The translations under genes and the position numbers were made by a program. The notes under the pieces are model-generated. The model saw nothing but the letters and a program-made list of their open reading frames with translations. It searched no databases and was not told the DNA's origin. A stretch of DNA of 64,000 nt from Octopus vulgaris. Lineage: Eukaryota. The stretch is taken from assembly GCA_951406725.2 (NCBI GenBank), contig OX597821.1, positions 36,890,001 to 36,954,000 of the forward strand, written 5' to 3'. Positions 1 to 28,424 of this stretch are shown in pieces. Positions within the stretch are counted from its first letter, which is position 1; each line of letters opens with the position of its first letter.

Positions 1-767
1 AAGGAAGACATTAAACGATGATGATCATTCGTATCATTGTCATCAGCATTAACTTGTATCCAAATATTTAATCTGTAGTGACGGATTGAGCTTCTTCATC
101 CTGATGGGTGTGAAGGGTGCCGGTGCCTGAGGCGGCTGTTCAGGCCAAGGGCTTTATAGAAGAGCTGGGGGGGCATCTATCCTAGGAAAAGGTTGGCAGG
201 GTAAAAGGAAGTGAGAGCCACTCTTGGTGTCTTTAATATCTGATCTCTGCCTTTTGATGTTTATTTTCCATCTGGTCCATTCCTTTGGCGATGACATGGG
301 CAGTCGTTAGTGAATGTTTCTTAGGTATTTGGGTCAATGGAACAGCAGAGGAGAGTGGCTTTGAGCACAAAGCCACACATATTGCAAGCTGAATGTACTT
401 AACCCCTGTACTTAATGGATGTTTTATTAATCCCAGAGGGATGAAAGGCAAAGTGTCTTTCATTAAGGTGTAAACATGGGACATAACTAAACACTACTAA
501 AGCTTTTGACCAGTGTTTTGCAGAATCTGCCTTTCACCTTGATAAATAGAAACATAAATAATTTCTAAAAGATACAGTTGATATTATTGATCCAATACTT
601 AATTGATGCTTTATTTTATTGACCTCAAAATGATGATGAACAAAGTCAACCTTTGAACAGTAGATATACAGGAACATAACTAACTGCCAGAATATATATA
701 TTTCCTGCATTCTGTCATTTATGCCATCCCGAACAATAATGATATTAATATGTCTTCTCTCTTTCAG

Positions 768-831
768 TGCTGTCCCGGTTATGTTGACACTGATATGTCA
801 AGTCACAAAGGCCCTAAAACTATAGACGAAG
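768..831 (+). CDS. CBR1: Gene A penultimate exon (CCPGYVDTDMSSHKGPKTIDE)
   Basis: ctttcag|TGC...GAAG|gtaaga; 64 nt. Confidence 0.92.
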
Positions 832-2545
832 GTAAGAGTCTCCATCTAACTTCTTGTTAATTTTGTTTGTTTTGAGAAAAATAAAGGCATAGCTGTGTAG
901 GTAAGAAGTCTGCTTGAGAACCACATAATTCTGGAGACCCTTTCACTGTTTGTCTCAAGGGGCACATGCCTGGGGGTTATAGGCATGGTAGTAGAAATAC
1001 GGAGGGATTAAGAATTCTCTGGTTAAGCAACACAAATGACCTTAATCATTTGCAACATCAACTTTAAGAAATCAGCTAGCTCCTGGTCGTTTACCAATGT
1101 GGTTAACACAAAAGCTGGATAGACTTCATTCTTATCAAGAAAATGGGGAAGACAGATGACTGTGAAAGCTAAAACTTTTCCTGTTGAAGAATACACCACC
1201 CAACATGAAGTAAGGATCTAGAATAAGAAATAGATGGCACCTGAGTCTCAAGGCAACTCAGAGAAAGAAGATATAGAGGCTTAAAGAACTACTGAGCAGT
1301 CTCTAGAAGGAATGATAGGCAAAGTTGGTTTTTGTAGTGTTTAGATTCAGGATGCAAAGAACTGGAACAAATACCACTAGACATTTTTTTCTGCCAGCTC
1401 GCTTCCTTTAATAATAAAATAAATAAATGCACCCTTTCAAAGCATAGCCAGGCTCATGGGCCCAGTTTCCTGGTTTCAATGGTGTATGTGTTCCCCAGCT
1501 GAACAGAACGCCAGTCCATCGCAGCGTTACTCATTTTTGCCAGCTGGAGCAATGTGAAATGAAGTCTTTTGCTCAAGAAGACAACGCGTCGCTCGGTCCA
1601 GGAACTGAAACCACAATCTTACGATCATGATGCTGACACCCTAACCACTAAGTCATGTGCCTCCGCCCTTTAATAATAAGTAATAATATAAATCTTTAAG
1701 CAATATGGAATGAATTTTATGTTCAGTAGTACTTATGACTGAAACATGGAGAACAGCAGCAAAAGTAGTTTTGGTTTATGAAGGTAAGCAGTTAGTTTAA
1801 GATGATAACTTTGAGTAAAGTGTGCATTATAAACTGAGTAATACCGTATTCATTCAAAGCTGATGGTTTACTCTGTTGCAACTCCATTTTCTCATTATGT
1901 GCATTTATTTAGATTTAGATGACAAAATGTCACCTCAGTCTATGCACAAAACAAAAAACTTGGAATGGTGATAGAGTGAATCATCCCTGTTGAATAGATT
2001 TATAAATTCTATTACATATACAGAGTTCTCTTTCTCCAAAACGAATATAGATGTATATATTTTTTAATATGGATTTCTTCTAACCTGATGAGCTAGCTTA
2101 ATGTCTGCATTAATTTAAAGATTGTTTATATTAATCTAGACATATAAGTAATTTACTTATAAAATATGTTAAAATAAATGATCTATGCATGCTCTATGAA
2201 GTTGCAAAACAATTGTTATAAAAGAATTTTCCAATGGTTAAATAAATTTTATCATACTATATTTTCCTTATTATTTATAACTTTATATACATACACTCCT
2301 TATGGTTTTCTATCGTATCATACTATATATTCTATAGGTTTTGTAGAATGAAGGAGCTTTTTTCAATAGTACTACTGAATTAGTTGAATCCATAGTGACT
2401 TAAATTTGTATGTATAAGTAAATATTTTTTCTCTCTCTCTTTATTAGGTGCTGACACTCCAGTCTATCTTGCATTACTGCCTCCAAATGTTAAAGAACCA
2501 CGTGGTAATTTTGTATCAGAACGTCAAATTCATAAATGGATATAA
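768..2545 (+). CDS. CBR1: Carbonyl reductase [NADPH] 1-like, gene A (3' part only; exons 768-831 and 2448-2545; earlier exons upstream of window)
   Basis: The exons have canonical AG/GT boundaries and splice to [53 protein letters not shown]. This is the typical CBR1/CBR3 C-terminus. Exon sizes (64, 98 nt) are identical to genes B and C. Confidence 0.92.
1417..1667 (-). mobile_element. tRNA-derived SINE in gene A last intron
   Basis: Minus-strand head ...gacttagtggttagggtgtc...; flanking ctttaataataa duplication; absent from the homologous intron of gene B. Confidence 0.7.
2448..2545 (+). CDS. CBR1: Gene A last coding exon ([13 protein letters not shown]...HKWI*)
   Basis: ttattag|GT GCT...TAA; 98 nt; AATAAA at ~2656. 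Confidence 0.92.
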
Positions 2546-3534
2546 ATATGACATACATAAATGGATGATAAATATTTTTTTTAATTGTAACTACAAAACT
2601 ATTATTGTCTTTGAATGAGATAAACTAATGAAGGTTTAATTATCTGTTGTTACTAAATAAATAATTTCACTATAATTGAATCTGTATCAGCTTTTGAATA
2701 ATTATTCCTGAATTGAATTTAAAACATATTTTTGTATTTAAAACTTCTAGATGTGAAACTTGAAGTCTTCATCTTTAGATGATGGCTCAAGATGTTGAGC
2801 AGAACGTAGACCGTTTGACTTTCACTGGATCTTCACTTTTAGAATCTCTTCTTAATAATGTTTAACACTTTGCATGTAATTCACATATTTCTTACAATAG
2901 AACTTATGTAGTTAGTACAGATTTATGTGGTGTAAGAATGGAAGACAGAAATTTCAGACAATTCAACTTTTATTGGAATATATATTTTAGGCTCAGTTGA
3001 TGATAAATTTCACACCATTAATAGAAAAATTTATGGAGATGATGGTCTATTAATCTTCAGAAATGTAAAAAGACAGCAAGCAGATAAATTCAAGACTAAA
3101 TTAACCAAAATTTTCCAAAATTTAAACATAAAGATTATTCTCAATAGTAATCTAGACTTAGATAAGTTCTTAGATGAAACATTCAAGCAAATTTATCAAA
3201 TATTTGTATAAATTCCACAATTATTTTCTGAGTTATATGAAGTTTAAAAATTATTGAGAATTACAAAATGCATGATCTCCTTTGAAATTTTATCTTTTTC
3301 TGGTTCATGGAATGATGCAGAATCCACAAAGGTGAAGACTACATAAAGAACTTCTTTGAAAACTACATTCTTCATTATACATTTGTCATCTCTTAAACCT
3401 TGAAAGATGTTAAGCTATTTTTATCATTACATCAAAAAATATACAAACTTAACTGTGGAATGACATCAAAAACATAGCTTACCTAAAATATTATTCAGTT
3501 ACTATACAACATCGAAATAAATATCAAATGGAAA

Positions 3535-3808
3535 TAGTAGTTGTGATACCTGTGCCAGTGGCACGTAAAAAGCATCATCTGAACGTGGCCGATGCCAGCG
3601 CTGCCTTGACTGGCTTCTGTGCTGGTGGCATGTAAAAAGCACCCACTACACTCACGGATTGGTTGGTGTTAGGAAGGGCATCCAGCTGTAGAAACACTGC
3701 TAGATCAGACTGGAGCCTGGTGCAGCCTCCTGGCTTCCCAGACCCCGGTCGAACCGTCCAACCCATGCTAGCACGGAAAATGGACGTTAAACGATGATGA
3801 TGATGATA
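3535..3808 (+). mobile_element. RTE 3'-end module (5'-truncated or non-autonomous copy) with (GAT)n tail
   Basis: Same ...ccaacccatgctagc...ggacgttaaacgatgatgat terminus as the RTE copies. Confidence 0.8.
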
Positions 3809-3943
3809 TTAGTAAAACTGCAACATATTTCAACACTGTACAATATCTTTTCTGTTATAACTAAAGGTACATGCAGTCAGACTTGAACCCATAGCCTTCA
3901 GTGAGTGAAGTACAGCACATGTCACGATATACTGTGATATATG

Positions 3944-4177
3944 TATTTCTTTACTACTCACAAGGGGCTAAACATAGAGGGGGCAAACAAGGACAGACAA
4001 AGGGATTAAGTCGATTACATCAACCCCAGTGCATAACTGGTACTTAATTTATCAACCCCGAAAGGATGAAAGGAAAAGTCGACCTCGGCAGAATTTGAAC
4101 CCAGAACACTTAACGGCAGACGAAATACGGCTACGCATTTCACCCGGCGTGCTAACGTTTCTGCCAGCTCACCGCCC
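3944..4177 (-). mobile_element. tRNA-derived SINE with Meta/MESC-like central domain
   Basis: Head ggcggtgagctggcagaaacgttagc; core ctttcatcctttcggggttgataaattaagtaccag; TSD tactgtgatata. Related copies at 5057-5254, 16570-16801, 28463-28686, 38752-38970, 39665-39895, 46807-47200, 55550-55766. Confidence 0.8.
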
Positions 4178-4382
4178 TTTTACTGTGATATACGTATGTA
4201 CCCATTATTCATCTGACAACACTTATTCATTTGGTAATCAAATTTAGAATAATGGTACACATTCAGCGATAGTGTTAAAATTTATGAAGAAATCAAGTAA
4301 TGTGTTGACATCACCAAACAATCAATCAGTTAGTCACAGGAGATTTCATTACTTTGCATGACTGTGAACTGAAATTCTCTTC

Positions 4383-4768
4383 TACTCTCTTTTACTTGTT
4401 TCAGTCATTTGACTGCGGCCATGCTGGAGTACCACCTTTAATCGAGCAACTCGACCCTGGGACTTATTCTTTTGTAAGCCCAGTACTTATTCTATCGGTC
4501 TCTTTTGCTGAACCACTAAGTAACAGGGACATAAACACACCAGCATCGGTTGTCAAGCAATGCTAGGGGGACAAACACAGACACACAAACACGCATATAT
4601 ATATATATATACATATATACGACAGGCTTCTTTTCAGTTTCCGTCTACCAAATCCACTCACAAGGCTTTGGTCGGCCTGAGGCTATAGTAGAAGACACTT
4701 GCCCAAGGTGCCATACAGTGGGACTGAACCCGGAACCATGTGGTTGGTAAACAAGATACTTACCACGC
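4383..4768 (-). mobile_element. CORE-like tRNA-derived SINE
   Basis: accttgggcaagtgtcttctactatagcctc core, internal (TA)n/(CA)n, (AGAGTAAA)-like tail. Confidence 0.8.
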
Positions 4769-5555
4769 ATATCTAGTATGTAAAAGTCATTGAAAAATTT
4801 ACAGGCGGACCAGACTTTTCTGTCAATATATATATTTGTACATTCTTGTATTAATTACCTATATAAATACATAATTACAGATCTACAGAGGAGGGAAAAT
4901 GATTTTTTTATTTTTTTATTCCTGTTCATCATATGAACTAAGATAACATGATCAGTGATCTCAGCGAAGGAATTACCTATCAAAAGTTTTCTATTTCTTC
5001 AACAACACCCAACAAATGGGAAAGGATACTGGAATCAACATTAATTTGACTGATAAAAGGCAATGAGCTGGCGGAAACGTTAGCTGCCGTTACGTTCTGA
5101 GTTCAAATTCTGCAAAGGTCGACTTTGCTTTCATCCTTTCGGGGTCGATTGAATAAGTACCAGCTATACACTAGGGACAATGTAATCGACTTAAGCGCTT
5201 TGTCTGTCCTTGTTTGCCCCTTCTATGTTTAGCCCCCTGTGGGCAATAAAGACATAATTTGACTGATAATGAATTAAACTTATAACTTGGAGAAAAAATA
5301 TTTTTAATGATATGTCTGTAGAAAGTAATCTTATGGCGCATGAGAGAGAGAGAGAGAGAAGACAGATAGTGAATGTTATATTTGCTATGTTATAAAATGC
5401 TGTTTGGCAGTAAATTAAAATTAGCTTTCTGTAGTTGCATTTTTCAATAATAAAAGTTCTTTGAAAACCACATTCTGATATAAAAAACACACACACATTA
5501 GAATTTTCTTAACAGTGTACACTTTAACAACTGCTTTCTTTTAGTAAAAGTTACA

Positions 5556-5950
5556 TACTCTTTACTCTTTTACTTGTTTCAGTCATTTGACTGCGGCCAT
5601 GCTGGAGCACCACCTTTAATTGAACAACTCGACCCCAGGACTTATTCTTTGTAAGCCCAGTACTTATTCTATCGGTCTCTTTTGCTGAACCGCTTAGTGA
5701 CGGGGACATAAACACACCAGCATCGGTTGTCAAGCAAAGCTAGGGGGACAAACACAGACACACGCACATATATATATATATACGCGATGAGCTTCTTTCA
5801 GTTTCCGTCTACCAAATCCACTCAGAAGGCTTTGGTCGACCTGAGGCTATAGTAGAAGACACTTGCCCAAGGTGACACGCAGTTGGACTGAACCCAGAAC
5901 CATGTGGTTGGTAAGCAAGCTACTTACCACACAGCCACTCCTGCACCTAT
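5556..5950 (-). mobile_element. CORE-like SINE, full length
   Basis: Same family as 4383-4768, with intact head aggagtggctgtgtggtaag. Confidence 0.85.
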
Positions 5951-6779
5951 AAATTAATAAATTAATTAATAAGCAACTTTCTTTATTGTTTCTGATATGT
6001 CAATTCACAATGCCCATTTAACACCCTTAGTTTCCTCTTTGATCACTTTTGCACTATTTCTGTAATTAACATATTTAGTGTTAAGCCCCTACTTCCTCTC
6101 AATAAATTGTAACCACTGTTATTCATTCTACCATTACTTCATCTAACCATTTGGTTCCTATTTTGAATAATGTCCCTCAACCTTAGGTAGCTTCAATGGT
6201 ACTTGTGTGTCCAATTACCACCTTTCAATTTACAGTTTCAGTAAGTCACCACTACTGACCCTTTGAACTTCCTATCAACATTCTGATGATTTTTGACAGG
6301 TATGTTTTGAGTTCTTTGTTCAATCAATCTTGTTTTTGTATAATTAAAAGTAATTATTTTCAAATTATATATATACACAATTTCGAAATTGTTTCTTTCC
6401 TTGTGTATTTATGTATACATACATATATACATATATACAGTAATAAGATAATCTCACCCACTTCCTGTAACAGGGTAGCATTCACCCAGTAGCATAACTG
6501 CTGTATGACCACTATCTGGTATGTAAAGGCTACCTTTCTGCATTACATGACTCTCAGGTTTTCTCAAATCCAAAACTGCATCTGATCCCCTGTTAAATCA
6601 ACTTCTACCATTTTAAAGGATTTCTTTCTTCTTCTAAACAGTGATGGCTCTGTAAAAAAACACTCCCATGGAGAAAACCTCTATCTTTGCTACCTGCTTT
6701 GTCTCCAACTCCACATCATGCACCCTCTGCCAGTCCTCTACAAATATCCCATTTTTCATAGTAATAGATTCCTCACATG

Positions 6780-7167
6780 GAATGGAAGCACTCCGTCAGT
6801 TACGACGACGAGGGTTCAGGTTGATCCGAATCAACGGAACAGCCTGCTCGTGAAATTAACGTGTAAGTGGCTGAGCACTCCACAGACACGTGTACCCTTA
6901 ACGTAGTTCTCGGGGATATTCAGCATGACACAGAGAGTGACAAGGCCGGCCCTTTGAAATACAGGTACAACAGTAACAGAAAGTAAGAGTGAGAGAAAGT
7001 TGTGGTGAAAGAGTACAGCAGGGATCACCACCATCCCCTGCCGGAGCCTCGTGGAGCTTTAGGTGTTTTCACTCAATAAACACTCACAACGCCCGGTCTG
7101 GGAATCGAAACCGCGATCCTATGACCGCGAGTCCGCTGCTCTAACCACTGGGCCATTGCGCCTCCAC
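6780..7167 (-). mobile_element. tRNA(Arg)-like SINE with 14-bp TSD
   Basis: Head ggaggcgcaatggcccagtggttagagcagcggactcgcggtc...ggtttcgattcc; TSD agattcctcacatg at 6766-6779 and 7168-7181; partial copy at 31587-31756. Confidence 0.85.
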
Positions 7168-7479
7168 AGATTCCTCACATGCCAAGTGCAGAAATACATC
7201 CAGCTGCTTCAAACAAATAAATCAGCCATGATATCCCATCCATTCTACTCAAATGCAGTGCCACAGAACTTGCTCCTATAATCATTAAACACTTAAATCT
7301 TTCACTCTCTGTGAAGATATACTCTGATATTTAGAAGCATGTGTGTCCCATTCTAAAGACAAGCAATCAAACTGACTCATCCATTCTTGAGTCTCTCATT
7401 TCCTCCTCAGTGACCACTAGTGTGGCTTCTGTAGAGTCAGAGATACTGGAGACCTATTTTCTAATATCACCAGTGGCAT

Positions 7480-8385
7480 CTGGCTTTAGAAAAGTTTTAA
7501 AAAAGCAATATTGTTGCGCTAGGCATCACCAACGCTTTCAATTGTGTCTGGCATGCAATCCTCCAATCAAAACTTCCCACCTATGAGCCTCACCCATCTC
7601 TTGCTCCATTTTCTATTAAATCTGGTAGGGAGTCACGGATACTGAATGTAGATTTTTAGAGATTTGACAGAAATAAGGTATGATCCAGGGATATTTTATA
7701 TAAATTTGCATGATGTTGCAGAATGCAGATGAGTTGAAAAAGTCACTGTTTTGTCATGGTATCAAGTGTAGGTTATGACACAAACATTCTCTTGTGAGCT
7801 CCAGGAAGATAACTTCCTAGGAGATCATTCAATTGTAGCATGTGGTGATGGTACTCTTTCTGCTCCATTCTTCATCAACGCTGGTGTTTCTCTGGGTTCT
7901 GTATTGCCCCATCACCACCATCACTCTTTCTTCTGAATATTAATGATGCTAGCATGGGTTGGATGGTTCAACTGGGGTCTGGGAAGCCAGAAGGCTGTGC
8001 CAGGCCCAGTCTGATCTGGCAGTGTTTCTGCAGCTGGATGCCCTTCCTAATGCCAACCACCCACTACACTCTCGGAGTGGTTGGCGCCAGGAAGGGCATC
8101 CAGCTGCAGAAACACTGCCAGATCAGACTGGGCCTGGCACAGCCTTCTGGCTTCCCAGACCCCAGTTGAACCGTCCAACCCATGCTAGTGTCATTAATAT
8201 TCAGAAGAAAAGTGATGGTGGTGATGGGGCAATACAGAACCCAGAAAAACACCAGACCCCAGTTGAACCGTCCAACCCATGCTAGCATGGAAAACGGACG
8301 TTAAACGATGATGATGATGATGATGATGTACTTCATCTCATCCAACAATGCCAACTCTCATGCAGATGACACAACCCTTCTCTAA
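7480..8385 (+). mobile_element. Highly decayed CR1/L2-like RT fragment interrupted by a palindromic RTE-tail insertion
   Basis: Remnants INAGVSLGSVL (7875-7907) and SHADDTTL (~8357-8380) either side of the insertion. Confidence 0.45.
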
Positions 8386-8657
8386 CCTTGGGTAGGGTAG
8401 AGGAGACACAATTGCACTAACAGGGAGAATAAGGCAAATGGAGACAATACAGAGAGAAAATGTGACTGCTGCCAGATAGAATGGAAGACATGAGAAGTGA
8501 TAAAGTTATATTATTGAAACAGAAAAGAGACCTCTGTAGTCCTGTTGTTGACATTTTCTTTAATGCTGGTGGCATGATAAAATGCATCCAGTCAAGACTG
8601 TGAAGTGATTGGTGATAAGAACGGCATCCAGATGGAGAAACCTGTCAAAATGGATCA

Positions 8658-10606
8658 TATCATCATCATCATCGTTTAATGTCCGCTTTCCATGCTAGCA
8701 TGGGTTGGACGGTTCAACTGGGGTCTGGGAAGCCCGAAGGCTACACCAGGCCAGTCAGATCTGGCAGTGTTTCTACAGCTGGATGCCCTTCCTAACGCCA
8801 ACCACTCCGTGAGTGTAGTGGGTGCTTTTTATGCGGCACCGACACAGGTGCCAGACGAGGCTGGCGAACGGCCACACTCGGATGGTGTTTTTTACGTGCC
8901 ACCGGCACGAGGCCAGGCGAGGCTGGCACGGCCATGATCGGATGGTGTTTGTTACGTGCCACCAGCACGGAGGCCAGTCGATGCGGTACTGGCTACGGCC
9001 ACATTCGGATGGTTTTCTTATGTGTCACCGGCACTGGTACCACAAAACTACAAATTCCATTGATGTTGATCAATTTCGATTTTGATTTGATTTTTGATTT
9101 TCACTTGCCTCAACAGGTCTTCACAAGTAGAGTTATGTGTCCCAAGAAGGAAGATATGCACAGGTGGACTGACTACGTCCCAGGTAGGGGCCACGGGTTA
9201 TGGCCTCACTTGTCCTGCCGGGTCTTCTCACGCACAGCATACTTCCAAAGGTCTCGGTCTCTGGTCATTTCCTCGGTGAGACCTAAAGAGCAAAGGTCGT
9301 TCTTCACCACCTCGTCCCAGGTTTTCCTGGGTCTACCTCTTCCACAGGTCCCCTCAGCTGCTAGGGTGTGGCACTTTTTCACACAACTATCTTCATCCAT
9401 TCTTACTACATGTCCATACCAGCGTAGACGCCTCTCTTGCACACCACATCTTATGCTTCTTAGGTCCAACTTTTCTCTCAAGGCACTTACACTCTGTCAG
9501 GTATGAACACTGACATTACACATCCAACGGAGCATACTGGCTTCATTTCTTGCAAGCTTACGCATATCCTCAGCAGTCACAGCCCATGTTTCACTGCCAT
9601 GTAGCATGGCTGTTCGCACACATGCGTCATACAGTCTGCCTTTTACTCTGAGCGAGAGGCCTTTTGTCGCCAGCAGAGGTAAGAGCTCTCTGAACTTTGC
9701 CCAGGCTATTCTTACTCTAGCAGTTACACTTTCGGCACACCCACCCCCACTACTGACTTGGTCACCTAGGTAATGGAAACGATCAACTATTTCAAGTTTT
9801 TCTCCCTGGAATGTGGCAGAAGATGGTCTCTGCGCATTTTCAGTGTTTATTGCACCAGAGCATCTGCCACATACAAAAACTATATTCCTAGTTAGCCTTC
9901 CTTTGACATTGCTGCACCTCTTATGTGTCCATAGCTTACACTTGGTGCATCTTATAGAGTTCCTACCTACGGCTTTTCTACAGATCGAGCAGGGCCATCT
10001 ACCTGAAAGCGTTTGAGATTTGTCGACCTTCCTACTTATTAGGACTTTGGTTTTAGCTAGATTGACTCTAAGGCCCTTCGATTCTAATCCTTGCTTCCAC
10101 GCCAGAAACTTCTCGAGTTCTGATAGTGATTCAGCAATTAGAGCAAGGTCATCAGCATAGAGGAGCTCCCAGGGTCATCCTGTCTTGAATTCCTCCGTTA
10201 TTGCCAGGAGGACTATGATAAATAGGAGGGGGCTGAGGACTGAGCCTTGGTGGACCCCAACCTCCACCCGAAATTCTTCACTGTACTCGTTGCCAACCCT
10301 CACCTTACTAACAGCGTCCCTGTACATTGCACGCACAGCTCTCACTAACCATTCATTTATCCCTAGTTTCCTCATTGACCACCAGATAAGGGAACGGGGG
10401 ACCCTGTCAAAGGCTTTCTCCAAGTCAATGAAAGCCAGGTACAGAGTTTTATCTTTGGCTAGGTATTTCTCCTGCAGCTGTCTCACCAGAAATATGGCAT
10501 CAGTGGTGCTTTTCCCTGGCCTGAAACCAAACTGCATCTCATCTAGGTTGACTCTCTCTAATCAGTTGGGCTATGACCCTTTCCGTAACCTTCATTACCT
10601 GATCCA
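8658..10606 (-). mobile_element. RTE-clade LINE, 5'-truncated (copy 1)
   Basis: [25 protein letters not shown]-region, [17 protein letters not shown] motifs; (GAT)n tail; frameshifts. Confidence 0.93.
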
Positions 10607-11030
10607 AAAGATATGAACTCTGCAAACTGCATTGCAAGCTATCCATTTTTGAAAGTAGTAACACCAATAACAAGTGGAACAAAATGGAGGTTATTTAATT
10701 TCACATCAGACAACTTCATCCGTATTGATGACACAATAAAATCCACTCAATACATGCTTTAAAGTAGTTGGCAATAGGAAGAACATTCAGTCACAGAAAT
10801 AAATGGTAAGATGCTGTGAGACCCCATCCAACGCATTCTAGCATTTAAAAAAATAAATATAGATTGACAATAATAACTATGAGGATTCAGATGCTAAGAG
10901 TACATTCAAAACAGGTAATCCAAAATTGAGCATCCATTAGAAATCATAACCCTTTTCTCTGGTTAATGCCATGAAGCATTGGCTAAGAATCAATAGTTTG
11001 ATGATTCTTATATCATCAATTAGTTTAAAA

Positions 11031-11278
11031 TCATCATCATCATCGTTTAGCATCCGCTTTCCATGGGTTGGATGGTTCAACTGGGGTCTGGGAAGCCAGA
11101 AGGTTGCCCCAGGCCCAGTCTGATCTAGCAATGTTTCTACGGCTGGATGCCCTTCCTAACGCCAACCACTCCGTGAGTGTAGTGGGTGCTTTTTACATGC
11201 CACCAGCACGGGGGCCAGGCGAGGCTGGCAACGGCCACGATCGGATGGTGCTTTTTACGTGCCACCGGCATGAGGCCA
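11031..11278 (-). mobile_element. RTE 3'-end module
   Basis: (GAT)n tail plus repeat units, homologous to 8658-8960. Confidence 0.8.
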
Positions 11279-11431
11279 ATCTTAGAATAATCTTACAAAA
11301 ATAAATAAATAAATAAACATTCAATTACAATTAAAATTGTTTATTTTGTAAATATAAATGATTAAATTTCTTTTTTCATGCAGGTATGATTATTTTTCTG
11401 TAGATTCAGAAGGAAAACATTCATCTTCTGT

Positions 11432-28346
<16,915 letters not shown>

Positions 28347-28395
28347 TCTGCCTAGTGTGAAGAACGTTGTATCAGTGTATGTCGATCTTGTTTAG

Positions 28396-28424
28396 GTCAT
28401 TGGTTTATTATATAAACCAATGAC
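28396..28424 (-). promoter_or_regulatory. Putative core promoter of gene B: TATA box inside a 13-bp-arm palindrome with CCAAT on both strands
   Basis: GTCATTGGTTTAT-TAT-ATAAACCAATGAC; TATATAA on the minus strand 62-68 nt upstream of the ATG; gene C has a TATA-like run at a similar distance (59855-59866). Confidence 0.5.

Noticed and set aside
7095-7167. tRNA-Arg gene
   Set aside because: It is the head of a TSD-flanked SINE and lacks a proper acceptor stem.
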